From positions 94,297 through 158,296 of the forward strand of contig JAVKHQ010000003.1 of the NCBI GenBank assembly GCA_031459875.1: a stretch of 64,000 bases of DNA, written 5' to 3'. The position numbers and the translations under genes are program-made. The DNA comes from Candidatus Fervidifonticultor sextus. GTDB taxonomy: Bacteria; Sysuimicrobiota; Sysuimicrobiia; Sysuimicrobiales; Humicultoraceae. Of this stretch, positions 39,070-48,436 are shown piece by piece. Under the pieces are notes generated by a model, which was given only the letters and a program-made list of their open reading frames with translations, had not been told where the DNA came from and did not search any database. Within the stretch, counting starts at the first letter, position 1; the number at the start of each line of letters is the position of its first letter.

Positions 39070-40821
39070 ATGATTGTGCGAGGAGCGCACGTGTGGGTGC
39101 TCATTGCGATCGCCGCCATCACCACGCTGATCATTCCCGACTACCTGAATGTCGGCGCTTCCTCGCTGGGCGCTCCGCCCGCGCAGGCCCAGGGCGCCGC
39201 GCGGTCCGTGGGCCAGGGGACCGTCCAGCGGGCGACCCTGACCCCGGTCCGCAACGTCGCGGCCCTGGCGCCAGCGCCGAGGCTGTCGACCAGCCAGCGG
39301 GAAGCCATGATCCTCCGCAAACTGGAGATCCGCGAGCGCGTGGCGTTGCAGTCACCGCGCCCGGCGCGCGGCGAGGTGGGCCGCCTGACGGCCCCAGTGC
39401 CCGAGACGCGGCTCGCCCCGGCGCGCCTGCCGCACGGGAACCCGGCCGACTTCGTGATCGGCAACAACGTCCAGAACCCTCGGGCCAACGACCCCGCCTT
39501 GGGCAGCACCCTGGCCGAGCCGGCGGCGGCCAACAACGGCCGGCGAATTCTGGCGGCGGGAAACTTCGACCACCTGGAATATTCGCTGAATACCGGGGCG
39601 ACGTGGACAAACAAGCCCCTGCCGGCGGGCCCCTCCGACGCTCCCAACGTCTGCTGCGACCACGACATCGTCTTCGACGACGCGCGGCGGGTGTTCTTCC
39701 ACTCCACGTTGTACATCAACAGCGCCGTCACCAAGGGGATCGTCCGGGTCTTTGTCTACCGGGAGGTGGATGCGGCGGCGGCCTGTTTTTACGATCTGGA
39801 CATCGCCGATATCGTGGCCCCGGGGACCAACATCCTGATGGACTACCCGCACCTGGGGCTCACGAACGAGTTCTTGTACCTGTCCACCAATGACATCCCG
39901 GCGGGCACCGGACCGGCGCAGGCCGCCCGGATGTGGCGGATCAGCATCGACGACGTGGTGGACTGTGTCGGCACGACGCCCACCATCTACACGTGGCCCA
40001 TGGACACAGAAGGCCAGCGGGTGTGGGTGCCGTCGCAGGGCACCAACACCCGGTCCAGCATGTACTGGGCCCACCAGGGACCGACGACCGCCGAGCTCCG
40101 CGTCTTCCGGTGGCGGGAGGCCGACGCCTCGCCCGAGAATGTGCTGCGGACGGTGGACGCCTCCACTTTCGGCGACCCCGACTGCCGCGGCGGGGTCAAC
40201 AACACCGACTTCATCGGCGCCACCAACGGGGGCCCGTATGGGTTCCAACTGCGCGGTGCGTTTGGCGACGGCCGCCTGCTCTTCATCTGGCAGGTGGCGG
40301 GTGACGCCTCGCACCCGCAGGGCCACCTGCACGCGGCCCTCTTCCGGATCAACCCGCTGCCCGACGCCGCACCGTTCGACCCGGTGCTGATCGGCCAGCC
40401 GCACATCTGGAACCCCTCGGTCTGCTTCGGGTTCGGGCACCTGGCCGCCAACAAGCGGGGCGACTTCGGCCTGTCCATCGTCGCCGGCGGGCAGGCCGGG
40501 GGCGGGGGGAGCGCCGCGACCCCCTACGTGAGCCTCGACGACGACTACAGCCCGGGCGGGCGGGACGGAGTCTTCGGGGTCCTCTACGGCCCCACTGTGG
40601 CGAGCACGCACAACCGCTCCGACGGCCGGTTCGGCGACTACTTCACGACCCAGGTGTGGGAGCCGTGCGAGAAGTGGTTCCTGACCACCAGCTACGGCTA
40701 CGTGGGCGGCAGCGCGCTGGCCAATGTGGACTCGCGCTACACGGAGTTCGGCCGCAACCGCGACTACAAGTGCTGGCGGAACTGGCGGTTCCGGCGGCCG
40801 GGTCCGTGGGACCTGCCGTAG
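39070..40821 (+). CDS. Secreted beta-rich protein (propeller/BNR-like), unknown function
   Basis: RBS GGAGG, N-terminal hydrophobic segment, Pro/Ala linker, Asp-box-like YSLNTGATW, several Cys and a C-terminal GRFGDY. High GC3 coding pattern. Confidence 0.75.
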   Translation: MIVRGAHVWVLIAIAAITTLIIPDYLNVGASSLGAPPAQAQGAARSVGQGTVQRATLTPVRNVAALAPAPRLSTSQREAMILRKLEIRERVALQSPRPARGEVGRLTAPVPETRLAPARLPHGNPADFVIGNNVQNPRANDPALGSTLAEPAAANNGRRILAAGNFDHLEYSLNTGATWTNKPLPAGPSDAPNVCCDHDIVFDDARRVFFHSTLYINSAVTKGIVRVFVYREVDAAAACFYDLDIADIVAPGTNILMDYPHLGLTNEFLYLSTNDIPAGTGPAQAARMWRISIDDVVDCVGTTPTIYTWPMDTEGQRVWVPSQGTNTRSSMYWAHQGPTTAELRVFRWREADASPENVLRTVDASTFGDPDCRGGVNNTDFIGATNGGPYGFQLRGAFGDGRLLFIWQVAGDASHPQGHLHAALFRINPLPDAAPFDPVLIGQPHIWNPSVCFGFGHLAANKRGDFGLSIVAGGQAGGGGSAATPYVSLDDDYSPGGRDGVFGVLYGPTVASTHNRSDGRFGDYFTTQVWEPCEKWFLTTSYGYVGGSALANVDSRYTEFGRNRDYKCWRNWRFRRPGPWDLP

Positions 40822-40848
40822 TGACCCGGTAAGGCCTCGGTGGGACGC

Positions 40849-40876
40849 GGCGGGCGGCCCGGGCGGGCCGCCCGCC
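40849..40876. terminator. 12-bp GC hairpin between convergent genes
   Basis: GGCGGGCGGCCC-gggc-GGGCCGCCCGCC. There is no U-tract. Confidence 0.55.
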
Positions 40877-40914
40877 GGCCCGCTCACCCGTCTGCGCGGG
40901 TCCGCCTGAGGGGG

Positions 40915-42339
40915 TCAGGGAACTTCCTCCCACGAGGCGACCCACGCCACCACCGGTTCATCGCCGGCCGCCCGCAGTCCCGGGGTGCCCAGCACCGCCG
41001 GATCGTAGCGGATCACCGCGCGCGCGCCCGTGTTCACGAAACTGAACCCCCGGCCGCCGCCCAGGATAGCGCCCACAATGTCGGCGTCGGCGCCGGCGGT
41101 AAGTTCGAACACCTGTGTGAGGTAGATCAGCCCGTGCGCGCGCAGCCGGGCACCTCCGGCCAGCAGGAGTTCGCCCTTCTCCAACGCGACAATCGCCGGC
41201 AGGGTGCGCGTGGCCGTCGAGTGAGAGACCTCCAGGACGGCGTCGGCCTCCAGGTGGATCGGGCCTTCGGTTACCAGGGCGCCCTCGGCGATTTCTACCC
41301 CCTGGCCGCGCTGGAGGGCTACCCGCCCCCTGACATAGATGATCCCCTCGAGCCGGGACGTCCTCCGTTCCGCCCTGAGATAGCGGAGCAGGCGTTCGAA
41401 TTCGTCTTCGCTGTAGAGGCTGTCCCTCTTCCGCTCGAGGGTGCCGTCGCCGGTGTACTTGCCCGCCGCCCGGTTGAGGTCAGCGTTGCCGGTGTTCGAT
41501 GTGGCGCGGGCCTGGTAAAAGGCCCGATCCACTGTGGGCGGAGCGGGCAGGGTCTCGACCCGCACGACCGTGATCTCGTGGGGGAAGCCCATCGCCTGCA
41601 GACGACGCACGTCGAGGGGTTGAAAGATCTCGTCCACCCGGAGGTCCGCCGACGCGGCCAGGAGCAGGCGCAGCCCACCGGACTGCGGGATGGCGGGTGT
41701 GCTCCCGGTGGCGTTGGGGACGTCCGCCGGACCCGGACCGGTGACCGGCCGTGCAGAGGGGTCATTGATGGACACGCCGGCCGAGGCCATCCAGAGCCCG
41801 TCCCCCGCGGCGATGTGCACCCACGGCAGGCGGCCGGCCCCGGCCCCGTACGGAACGATATAGGTCGCCGCCGGCGGCTGCTCGAGGCGGACGATCGTGG
41901 CGCCGTAGAGCCCGGCCAGCAGGGCCCGCGAGGCCAGGGACACCCTGGCGCGCAGCCGCCGGGTCACCCCGCCGACGTCTCCGGTGCTGGTGATCAAGAC
42001 CGCTCCCTCGGCCGACTCGGCAAGCGAGACCGTGAAGCGGGCGTTCTGGGAACCGACGGTGATGGCCTCCGAATAGGCCGCCGGGCGCCAGAGACGGCCG
42101 GGGGCGCGGCGGTCCGGGGTCACGGATTCCAGAATCGCCAGGGCCCGGTAGATGCCCGCTTCGGCGGCCGCGACGGCTGCCCTCGAACGGAGGCGATCGC
42201 CAGCGCGCGCCTGCTGCTGGTTCATGAACCAGATGAACGAGGCGGCCGAGCCCCCGACGATGAGCAGGACGATCAGGATGACGACCAGCGCCGCGCCGGA
42301 GTCCCCGCGGATGGAGCCGGAGGAAGGAGGAGGTCTCAT
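40915..42339 (-). CDS. PilX/GspK-like minor pilin with a large C-terminal domain
   Basis: SG|AALVVILIVLLIV lacks Glu5, as in PilX/GspK. Also A..AAEAGI and ITSTG.VG...RRL. Beta-helix-like tail (GIIYVRG, GLIY, GAIL, IRYDP). Confidence 0.75.
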   Translation of the reverse strand: MRPPPSSGSIRGDSGAALVVILIVLLIVGGSAASFIWFMNQQQARAGDRLRSRAAVAAAEAGIYRALAILESVTPDRRAPGRLWRPAAYSEAITVGSQNARFTVSLAESAEGAVLITSTGDVGGVTRRLRARVSLASRALLAGLYGATIVRLEQPPAATYIVPYGAGAGRLPWVHIAAGDGLWMASAGVSINDPSARPVTGPGPADVPNATGSTPAIPQSGGLRLLLAASADLRVDEIFQPLDVRRLQAMGFPHEITVVRVETLPAPPTVDRAFYQARATSNTGNADLNRAAGKYTGDGTLERKRDSLYSEDEFERLLRYLRAERRTSRLEGIIYVRGRVALQRGQGVEIAEGALVTEGPIHLEADAVLEVSHSTATRTLPAIVALEKGELLLAGGARLRAHGLIYLTQVFELTAGADADIVGAILGGGRGFSFVNTGARAVIRYDPAVLGTPGLRAAGDEPVVAWVASWEEVP

Positions 42340-42439
42340 GGCCCGTTGTCTCAACGGGGCGGTATTCGGGTTCGGCCGGCCAATTCCTCGGTCTGCCAGG
42401 CAGGCGACTGCGTCAACCAGGTCGAACCCGCCCCATGCG

Positions 42440-43417
42440 ATGGGCCGGGCCGTCGACGTCGTCACCGTCCCTGATTTCGATGGCCCCGCGGCGGGGCGGT
42501 TCGAACTTTTTGCCCTCCTCTTCCTGGCCGCGTGGGTGGAACACAAAGGCGCCAGCCGGACCTGGCCGCTCCACCTGGCCTGCATCGGCGAGCCGCCGCC
42601 GTCGGTGCGCCGGCTGGCCGAGCAGGCCGGCGCGATGGTCACGGTCAGGGCCCCGCTGCTGCTCACCCCGGGCCGGACAAGCAACAAGCTCAGGGGCTTC
42701 GAAGTGGCCGCCGGGACCGGCCGGATCCTCCTGGTGGACACCGACGTCCTCATCCTGCGCGATCTCTCCCCGCTGGCCGACCTGGTCGGAGGGGGCCTCG
42801 GCGTCGGCCCGGCCACGGTGAATCACTTCCCGGAGCAGACCTGGCGGCGGATCTACCAGACCGTGGGGGTTCCGTACCCGGGACCCACGGGGACGTGCTG
42901 GTGCCAGGACGAGCGGCTGGCCGACTTCCGGGGGCTCACCGCAACGCAGCGCGCCCTGTGCCGGCAGGTGCCGCCGCACTTCAACAGCGGTGTCGTCATG
43001 GCCCCCCGGGCCCTCGACTTCGGAACGGTGTGGGCGCACCACCTCCGCCAGATCACGCCGCTCTTCGACGGCGCGTCTCCTCTGCCGAACTGGGGCGGCG
43101 GAGGCGAAGGCGATGAACATGCGCTGGCGACGGCGGTCGAGGCGTACCGGCAGCGCGGGACCCCTGTGGTGCTGATCCCGCCGCCCTACCATGCCCGTCC
43201 CCTCCTGCTGCGTTCTGGCCTCCTGACGTGGACGGACGTGGCGGTGTTCCACTACCACAACGCGCTGAGGCCCTACGCGAGCAGTGTTCGCGACATGACC
43301 CGCCTGGCGGCCCTGGTCCTTCCGGAGCGACGCCAGGGGCTGTGGGGATTCTACGACTACCTCGATCACCTGTACCGGACCCACATCGAGCCGGTAAGCA
43401 GGGCGGAGGCGCCGTGA
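42440..43417 (+). CDS. GT8-like (GT-A fold) glycosyltransferase, paralogue 1
   Basis: NKL, LLVDTDVLILRDL (DxD), FNSGV, GDEHAL and VFHY. Start uncertain. Confidence 0.65.
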   Translation: MGRAVDVVTVPDFDGPAAGRFELFALLFLAAWVEHKGASRTWPLHLACIGEPPPSVRRLAEQAGAMVTVRAPLLLTPGRTSNKLRGFEVAAGTGRILLVDTDVLILRDLSPLADLVGGGLGVGPATVNHFPEQTWRRIYQTVGVPYPGPTGTCWCQDERLADFRGLTATQRALCRQVPPHFNSGVVMAPRALDFGTVWAHHLRQITPLFDGASPLPNWGGGGEGDEHALATAVEAYRQRGTPVVLIPPPYHARPLLLRSGLLTWTDVAVFHYHNALRPYASSVRDMTRLAALVLPERRQGLWGFYDYLDHLYRTHIEPVSRAEAP

Positions 43418-44457
43418 TCCGACCGGCCACTGCCATCGGGCCTCCGGTGGACTCGCCACCCGTGGACGTGATCACCGTGCCCGATTTCTCCGGACCCGCC
43501 TGGCCGCGGTTCGAACTGCGGACGCTCCTGTTCCTGGGATCGTGGCTGCGCCACCGCGGCGCCAGCCGGACCTGGCCGCTCCACCTGGCCTGTATCGGCG
43601 AGCCGCCGGCCTCGGTCCGCCATCTGGCCGCGCTGGCCGGGGCACTGGTCACCGTGCATGCACCGATGCCCGAGCCCTACCCGGCCACCGGCAACAAACT
43701 GCGGGGGCTGGAGATCACGCCGAGGTGCGAGCGGTTCCTGCTCCTGGACACCGATGTCCTGGTCCTGGCGGACCTCGACCCGTTGGCGCGGCTTGTCGGT
43801 GGCGGGATCGGCGCCGGTCCCGCCCGCTTCAACCTGCTGTCCGAAGCGACGTGGCGGAGAATCTTCGACGGCGCGGGCGTCGCCTATCCGGCGGGCGGAG
43901 GCCTCCCGCCGTACTTCAACAGCGGCGTGCTGATGGCGCCCTGGGCGCTCGGCCTGGGACCGTTGTGGCGGGAGCACACCCGGCGCATCCTGGAGCACTT
44001 CGAGGGCGATCCGGTGACGGCCCATCCGAAGTGGTTCCGCCACGCCGAGCAGCACGCCCTGGCGACGGCGGTGGCCGCGCTGAGCGCACAGGGGGTCCGG
44101 GTCGTCGAACTCCCGCTGCCGTACCGGGCACGGCCGTACCTGCTGACCTCCGGTGCGCTCCCGTGGCGCGACGTGGCACTCTTTCACTACGTCAAGGTCT
44201 TTGCGCCCGAGCAGGAGTCGGTCGGGGACCTCTCACGGCTGCTCTACGGCTGGCGCCTGCCGGGTCCGAGGCGATGGCTTGCCGGGCGGGTGGGGCTGCG
44301 CGCGGTCCGATCCCCGCTGTTCCGGCTCGTGGCGCCCGACCGCCTCCGCGCCTATCCGGCCTTCTACCAGCACGTGCATCGGATCTTCCTCGACTACATT
44401 GCACCCGCGACCGCGGCCCCTGTGCCAGGAACCCGGAACAATTCGGCGAACTCTTAA
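43414..44457 (+). CDS. GT8-like glycosyltransferase, paralogue 2
   Basis: NKL, LLDTDVLVLADL, YFNSGV, AEQHAL and LFHY. GTGA-coupled to paralogue 1. Confidence 0.65.
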   Translation: MIRPATAIGPPVDSPPVDVITVPDFSGPAWPRFELRTLLFLGSWLRHRGASRTWPLHLACIGEPPASVRHLAALAGALVTVHAPMPEPYPATGNKLRGLEITPRCERFLLLDTDVLVLADLDPLARLVGGGIGAGPARFNLLSEATWRRIFDGAGVAYPAGGGLPPYFNSGVLMAPWALGLGPLWREHTRRILEHFEGDPVTAHPKWFRHAEQHALATAVAALSAQGVRVVELPLPYRARPYLLTSGALPWRDVALFHYVKVFAPEQESVGDLSRLLYGWRLPGPRRWLAGRVGLRAVRSPLFRLVAPDRLRAYPAFYQHVHRIFLDYIAPATAAPVPGTRNNSANS

Positions 44458-44506
44458 TGGCAGCGGTCCGCGATTCCCTGCCGTAGGCAGACGGCCCAAG
44501 GCCACC

Positions 44507-46468
44507 ATGTCCAGATCGCAACGTGTCTTTCTGCTCGGCCTTGATGGGGCTACGTTGACCCTCCTGCGCCCCTGGGTCGAGGAGGGGCATCTGCCGACTC
44601 TCGCCCGCCTGATGGCCGACGGGACGTGGGGGCCGCTCATCTCTACCACGCCCGCCTCCACGCCGGTGGCCTGGACCTCCATGATCACCGGCGTCTACCC
44701 CGGCAAGCACGGGATCTTCGGTTTCGTGAAGCGCAGGCCGGGCAGCTACGACCTGGACGTCGTCACCTCCCTGGATCGTCGTCGGCCGGCGATCTGGAAT
44801 CTGTTGGACCAGGTAGGGTTGCGCTCGATCGTCGTGGACGTGCCCTTCACCTACCCACCCGAGCAGATCAACGGGATCATGATTGCCGGCCTGGGGACCC
44901 CTGATGTGACCGCCGAGTTCGTCCACCCGAAGTCGTTGCGCGAGGTCGTCCTCCGCGAGTTCGCCCCCTATCCCCTCGACATCTACTACCGGGGGGACGT
45001 CGCAGCGTTCCTGGAGGAGGCGCGACGCCTGACCGACCACCGGCTGGCGCTGGCCCGCTTCCTGGCCCGTGAGTTCCCGTGGGACTTCTTTATGCTCGGC
45101 CTGATGGCCACCGACCGGATCCAGCATGTCGTCTGGAAGTACCTGGACCCCGGGCACTTCCTGTACACGGAGGAAGACGCCCGCCGGTACCGTCCCGCCA
45201 TCCTGGGCTACTACCGGCATCTGGACGAGGTCATAGCGGAGTTGGCGGCGCTGGCGGGGCCTCAGGCGGCGTTTGTGATCGCCTCGGATCACGGGTTTGG
45301 GCCGATGGACCGCAGCCTCTCGCTCCTGCGGTGGCTGGCGCAGCAGGGGATGATCGCCCTGGGAGGTCGGGTCTGGGAGTACGCGCCTCCCGACCGCATC
45401 CCGTCGTTTGTGCCGCGCGGGCCCGGCCGGGTCGTCCAGCAGATCGGCGGTGGGCCCTATGCCGATGGCCTGACGTTCCTGGTGGACGAGCCCGACTCGT
45501 ACGCCGGCGCGGTGTTCCGGATCGCGGACCTGCATCCCGACCGGCGGTACGAAGTCCGGGCGACGATTGTGGACGGGACGCCGGACGCGCTGCTGGAATT
45601 CGACGACCTGTTGCGCAACGGCAATCCCATCCTCGGCGGAGGGTACCTTCGAGAGCGCCCGTCCGACGTCTCAGCCGTGTTCCAGCCCGAGCGCTCTGAG
45701 ATCGAGTTGTTCGTCGGCCTGACCACCTACAACCGGAATCCCTGCGGCTACCTCACGCTCCGTCGCCTCACGCTGGCGGAACGCGAGGACTGGTCGAAGA
45801 CGATCGCCTACGTGCTGGACACCGGCGACGCCACCGAGGGCCGGCGCATCCGCCTCAACGTCCGCGGCCGGGAGCCCAACGGCATCGTTGAGAGGGTGGA
45901 GGAGTATGAGCGGGTGCGCGACCGCATCGCCTCCGGGGTCCTGGTGCTTCGGGACGAGCGAGGGCGCCCCCTGGTGAGCCGGGTCTATCGGCGCGAAGAC
46001 CTCTACCGCGGGCCATACGTCGAGGAGGGGCCCGACCTGGTGGTGGAGTTCGCGCCGGGGGTCGGGGGCGTGGGGTCGGTCCCCGAACTCTATGGCTACC
46101 TTCCCCACGGGCCCATCAGCGTGCCTTCGGTCACGGGCAATTCGGGAAACCACAGGAGGGAGGGCATCTTCGTTGCCTACGGTGAAGGCATTCACCGGGG
46201 CCAGACCACCACCGCTGAGATCGTGGACCTGGCTCCCACGATCCTCCACCTCCTGGGGGCGCCCGTGCTCCCGGATATGGACGGCCGGGTTCTTCAGGAA
46301 ATCCTCGTACCCGGGACCCTTGCGGCCCCCGCCATCGTCAGAGCGGCGGCATCACCCCGCTTGGACGCTCGCGTCGCTCCCCAGGCCGACGAGCCAGCCG
46401 CAGCCTACACGCCGGAGGACCGTCAGAAGGTGGAAGACCGGCTGCGCAGGCTCGGGTACATCGAGTGA
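44507..46468 (+). CDS. Alkaline-phosphatase-superfamily (phosphodiesterase/NPP-like, COG3379-type) protein, paralogue 1
   Basis: GLDGAT, STPVAWTSMITG..PGKHGIF, TDRIQH, SDHGF, GNHRREG and C-terminal RLRRLGYIE. Confidence 0.85.
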   Translation: MSRSQRVFLLGLDGATLTLLRPWVEEGHLPTLARLMADGTWGPLISTTPASTPVAWTSMITGVYPGKHGIFGFVKRRPGSYDLDVVTSLDRRRPAIWNLLDQVGLRSIVVDVPFTYPPEQINGIMIAGLGTPDVTAEFVHPKSLREVVLREFAPYPLDIYYRGDVAAFLEEARRLTDHRLALARFLAREFPWDFFMLGLMATDRIQHVVWKYLDPGHFLYTEEDARRYRPAILGYYRHLDEVIAELAALAGPQAAFVIASDHGFGPMDRSLSLLRWLAQQGMIALGGRVWEYAPPDRIPSFVPRGPGRVVQQIGGGPYADGLTFLVDEPDSYAGAVFRIADLHPDRRYEVRATIVDGTPDALLEFDDLLRNGNPILGGGYLRERPSDVSAVFQPERSEIELFVGLTTYNRNPCGYLTLRRLTLAEREDWSKTIAYVLDTGDATEGRRIRLNVRGREPNGIVERVEEYERVRDRIASGVLVLRDERGRPLVSRVYRREDLYRGPYVEEGPDLVVEFAPGVGGVGSVPELYGYLPHGPISVPSVTGNSGNHRREGIFVAYGEGIHRGQTTTAEIVDLAPTILHLLGAPVLPDMDGRVLQEILVPGTLAAPAIVRAAASPRLDARVAPQADEPAAAYTPEDRQKVEDRLRRLGYIE

Positions 46469-48432
46469 GGGCCAAAGGCCGGGCCGTGGCCAGAGACCGC
46501 CAGCACGGCCGGGTCTTTCTGCTCGGGCTCGACGGCGCCACCTTCACCCTCCTGCGCCCGTGGATCGACGAGGGGCACCTGCCGGCCCTCGCCAGGCTCC
46601 TTGCCGAGGGCGCCTGGGGCCCGCTCGCATCCGTCATCCCGCCGATGACGCCGGTCGCCTGGACCTCGATGGTCACCGGCGTCCGCCCCGGCAAGCACGG
46701 CATCTTCGGATTCCTCAAGCCCAGGCCCGGCCGGTATGAACGCCAGCCCTCCTCGTCGCTGGACCGCCGACGGCCGGCGATCTGGAACCTGCTGGACCGA
46801 GCCGGACGTCCGTCCATCCTGGTGGGCGTCCCCTACACGTATCCCCCGGAACCGATCAACGGGGTCGTCGTCTCGGGCTTTGGGACACCGTCTGTGGACG
46901 GTGAGTTCGTCCATCCGCGATCGCTGCGCGAGGTGATCCTGCGCGAGTTCGGTCCGTACCCTCTGGAGGTTCGCTACCGGAAGGACGTCTTGGGCCGCCT
47001 GGAGGACGCCCATCGGCTGACCGCGCACCGCCACGCGCTGGTGCGGTTCCTGATGCGCGAATTTCCCTGGGACTTCTTCATGTTCGTCCTGATGACAACC
47101 GACCGGCTCCAGCACCTCATCTGGCGCCATGTGGATCCCTCGCACCCTTCGTACGATCCCGATGAGGCGCGCCGCTATGCTCCCGGGATCCTGGACTACT
47201 ACCGGCGCCTGGACGACATGGTCGCCGATCTGCTCGCGCGCCTCGATAGCCAGACAACGTTCATGCTGGTCTCTGACCACGGGTTCGGTCCGCTGGAGCG
47301 CAGCGTCTCATTGCTCCGGTGGCTGGGCCAGGCCGGGCTGCTGAGGGTCGGGGGGCGCCGCTGGGCCTATGCGCCGCCCCGGCACACCCCGGCCTTCACA
47401 CCGCGGGGGCCGGGGAGGGTTATCCGGTCCGACGGTGCGGCGTCGGGGGAACTCAGGCTCGAGGTGGATGGTGCTGACGCATTCGCCGGCGCGGTCTTCA
47501 GGCTCGCCGGCCTCGACCCCCTGCGCCGATACGAACTGGCGGCCACGGTCCCGGAGGCCACGACCGGTGCCCGGCTGGAGTTCAGCTGCCTGAGGCCGGA
47601 CGGCCAGATGATCCTCGGTGGCGGAGCGCTCCACCGCGGTACCGGAAGCGTCTCCGCGGTGTTCTATCCCCCGGCTCCTGAGATCGATCTGATGGTGTGC
47701 ATCACCTCGCACGGCGGCAACCCCTGGGGGCACGTCACGATCTCCTCGGTGACGCTCGATGAGCGGGAGGACTGGGCCGGCACGGCCGCCTACGTCGTGG
47801 ACGACGGGGAAGCCACCGGCGGCCCGGGGATCCGCCTCAACGTGCGGGGGCGCGAGCCGGCCGGCATCGTCACGATGGGGGAGGAATACGAAGCGGTCCG
47901 CGATCGAATCATCGCGGGGTTGGAAGGGCTCCGGGACGCGCAGGGCCGACGCCTGGTGCACAGGGTGTACCGCCGCGAGGAGGTCTACTCCGGCCCCTAC
48001 GTAGACGAGGCTCCAGACCTGCTGGTCACCTTCGTGGACGGCGTGGGAGGAACCGCACGGCACCCCCAGTTGGGCAACTTCATCTTCGACGGTCCGGTGA
48101 GCGCCCCGGCGACCGGCATGGTGTCCGGCTGGCACCGCGCCGACGGCGTCTTCATTGCGCGCGGCCCCGTCATCACCCCGGGCGCGATCAGGGGAGCGCA
48201 CCTGCTGGACGTGTGTCCCAGCGTCCTGCACCTGCTGGGGGCCCCCATCCCCGGGGACCTTGACGGTCGGGTCCTGACCGAGATCCTGCACGAGGACTTC
48301 CGGGGTGCGCCGGTCTCCGTCGGCCCGGCGGCTGCGGCAGCGCGGCCTGAGGGATCGGGGGCCGAGGTCTACAGCCCGGAGGAACGCCGGCAACTCGAAG
48401 ATCACTTGAGGAAACTGGGGTACATTGAGTAA
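46465..48432 (+). CDS. Alkaline-phosphatase-superfamily protein, paralogue 2
   Basis: GLDGAT, MTPVAWTSMVTG..PGKHGIF, TDRLQH, SDHGF, GWHRADG and HLRKLGYIE. Confidence 0.85.
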   Translation: MRAKGRAVARDRQHGRVFLLGLDGATFTLLRPWIDEGHLPALARLLAEGAWGPLASVIPPMTPVAWTSMVTGVRPGKHGIFGFLKPRPGRYERQPSSSLDRRRPAIWNLLDRAGRPSILVGVPYTYPPEPINGVVVSGFGTPSVDGEFVHPRSLREVILREFGPYPLEVRYRKDVLGRLEDAHRLTAHRHALVRFLMREFPWDFFMFVLMTTDRLQHLIWRHVDPSHPSYDPDEARRYAPGILDYYRRLDDMVADLLARLDSQTTFMLVSDHGFGPLERSVSLLRWLGQAGLLRVGGRRWAYAPPRHTPAFTPRGPGRVIRSDGAASGELRLEVDGADAFAGAVFRLAGLDPLRRYELAATVPEATTGARLEFSCLRPDGQMILGGGALHRGTGSVSAVFYPPAPEIDLMVCITSHGGNPWGHVTISSVTLDEREDWAGTAAYVVDDGEATGGPGIRLNVRGREPAGIVTMGEEYEAVRDRIIAGLEGLRDAQGRRLVHRVYRREEVYSGPYVDEAPDLLVTFVDGVGGTARHPQLGNFIFDGPVSAPATGMVSGWHRADGVFIARGPVITPGAIRGAHLLDVCPSVLHLLGAPIPGDLDGRVLTEILHEDFRGAPVSVGPAAAAARPEGSGAEVYSPEERRQLEDHLRKLGYIE

Positions 48433-48436
48433 GCGC

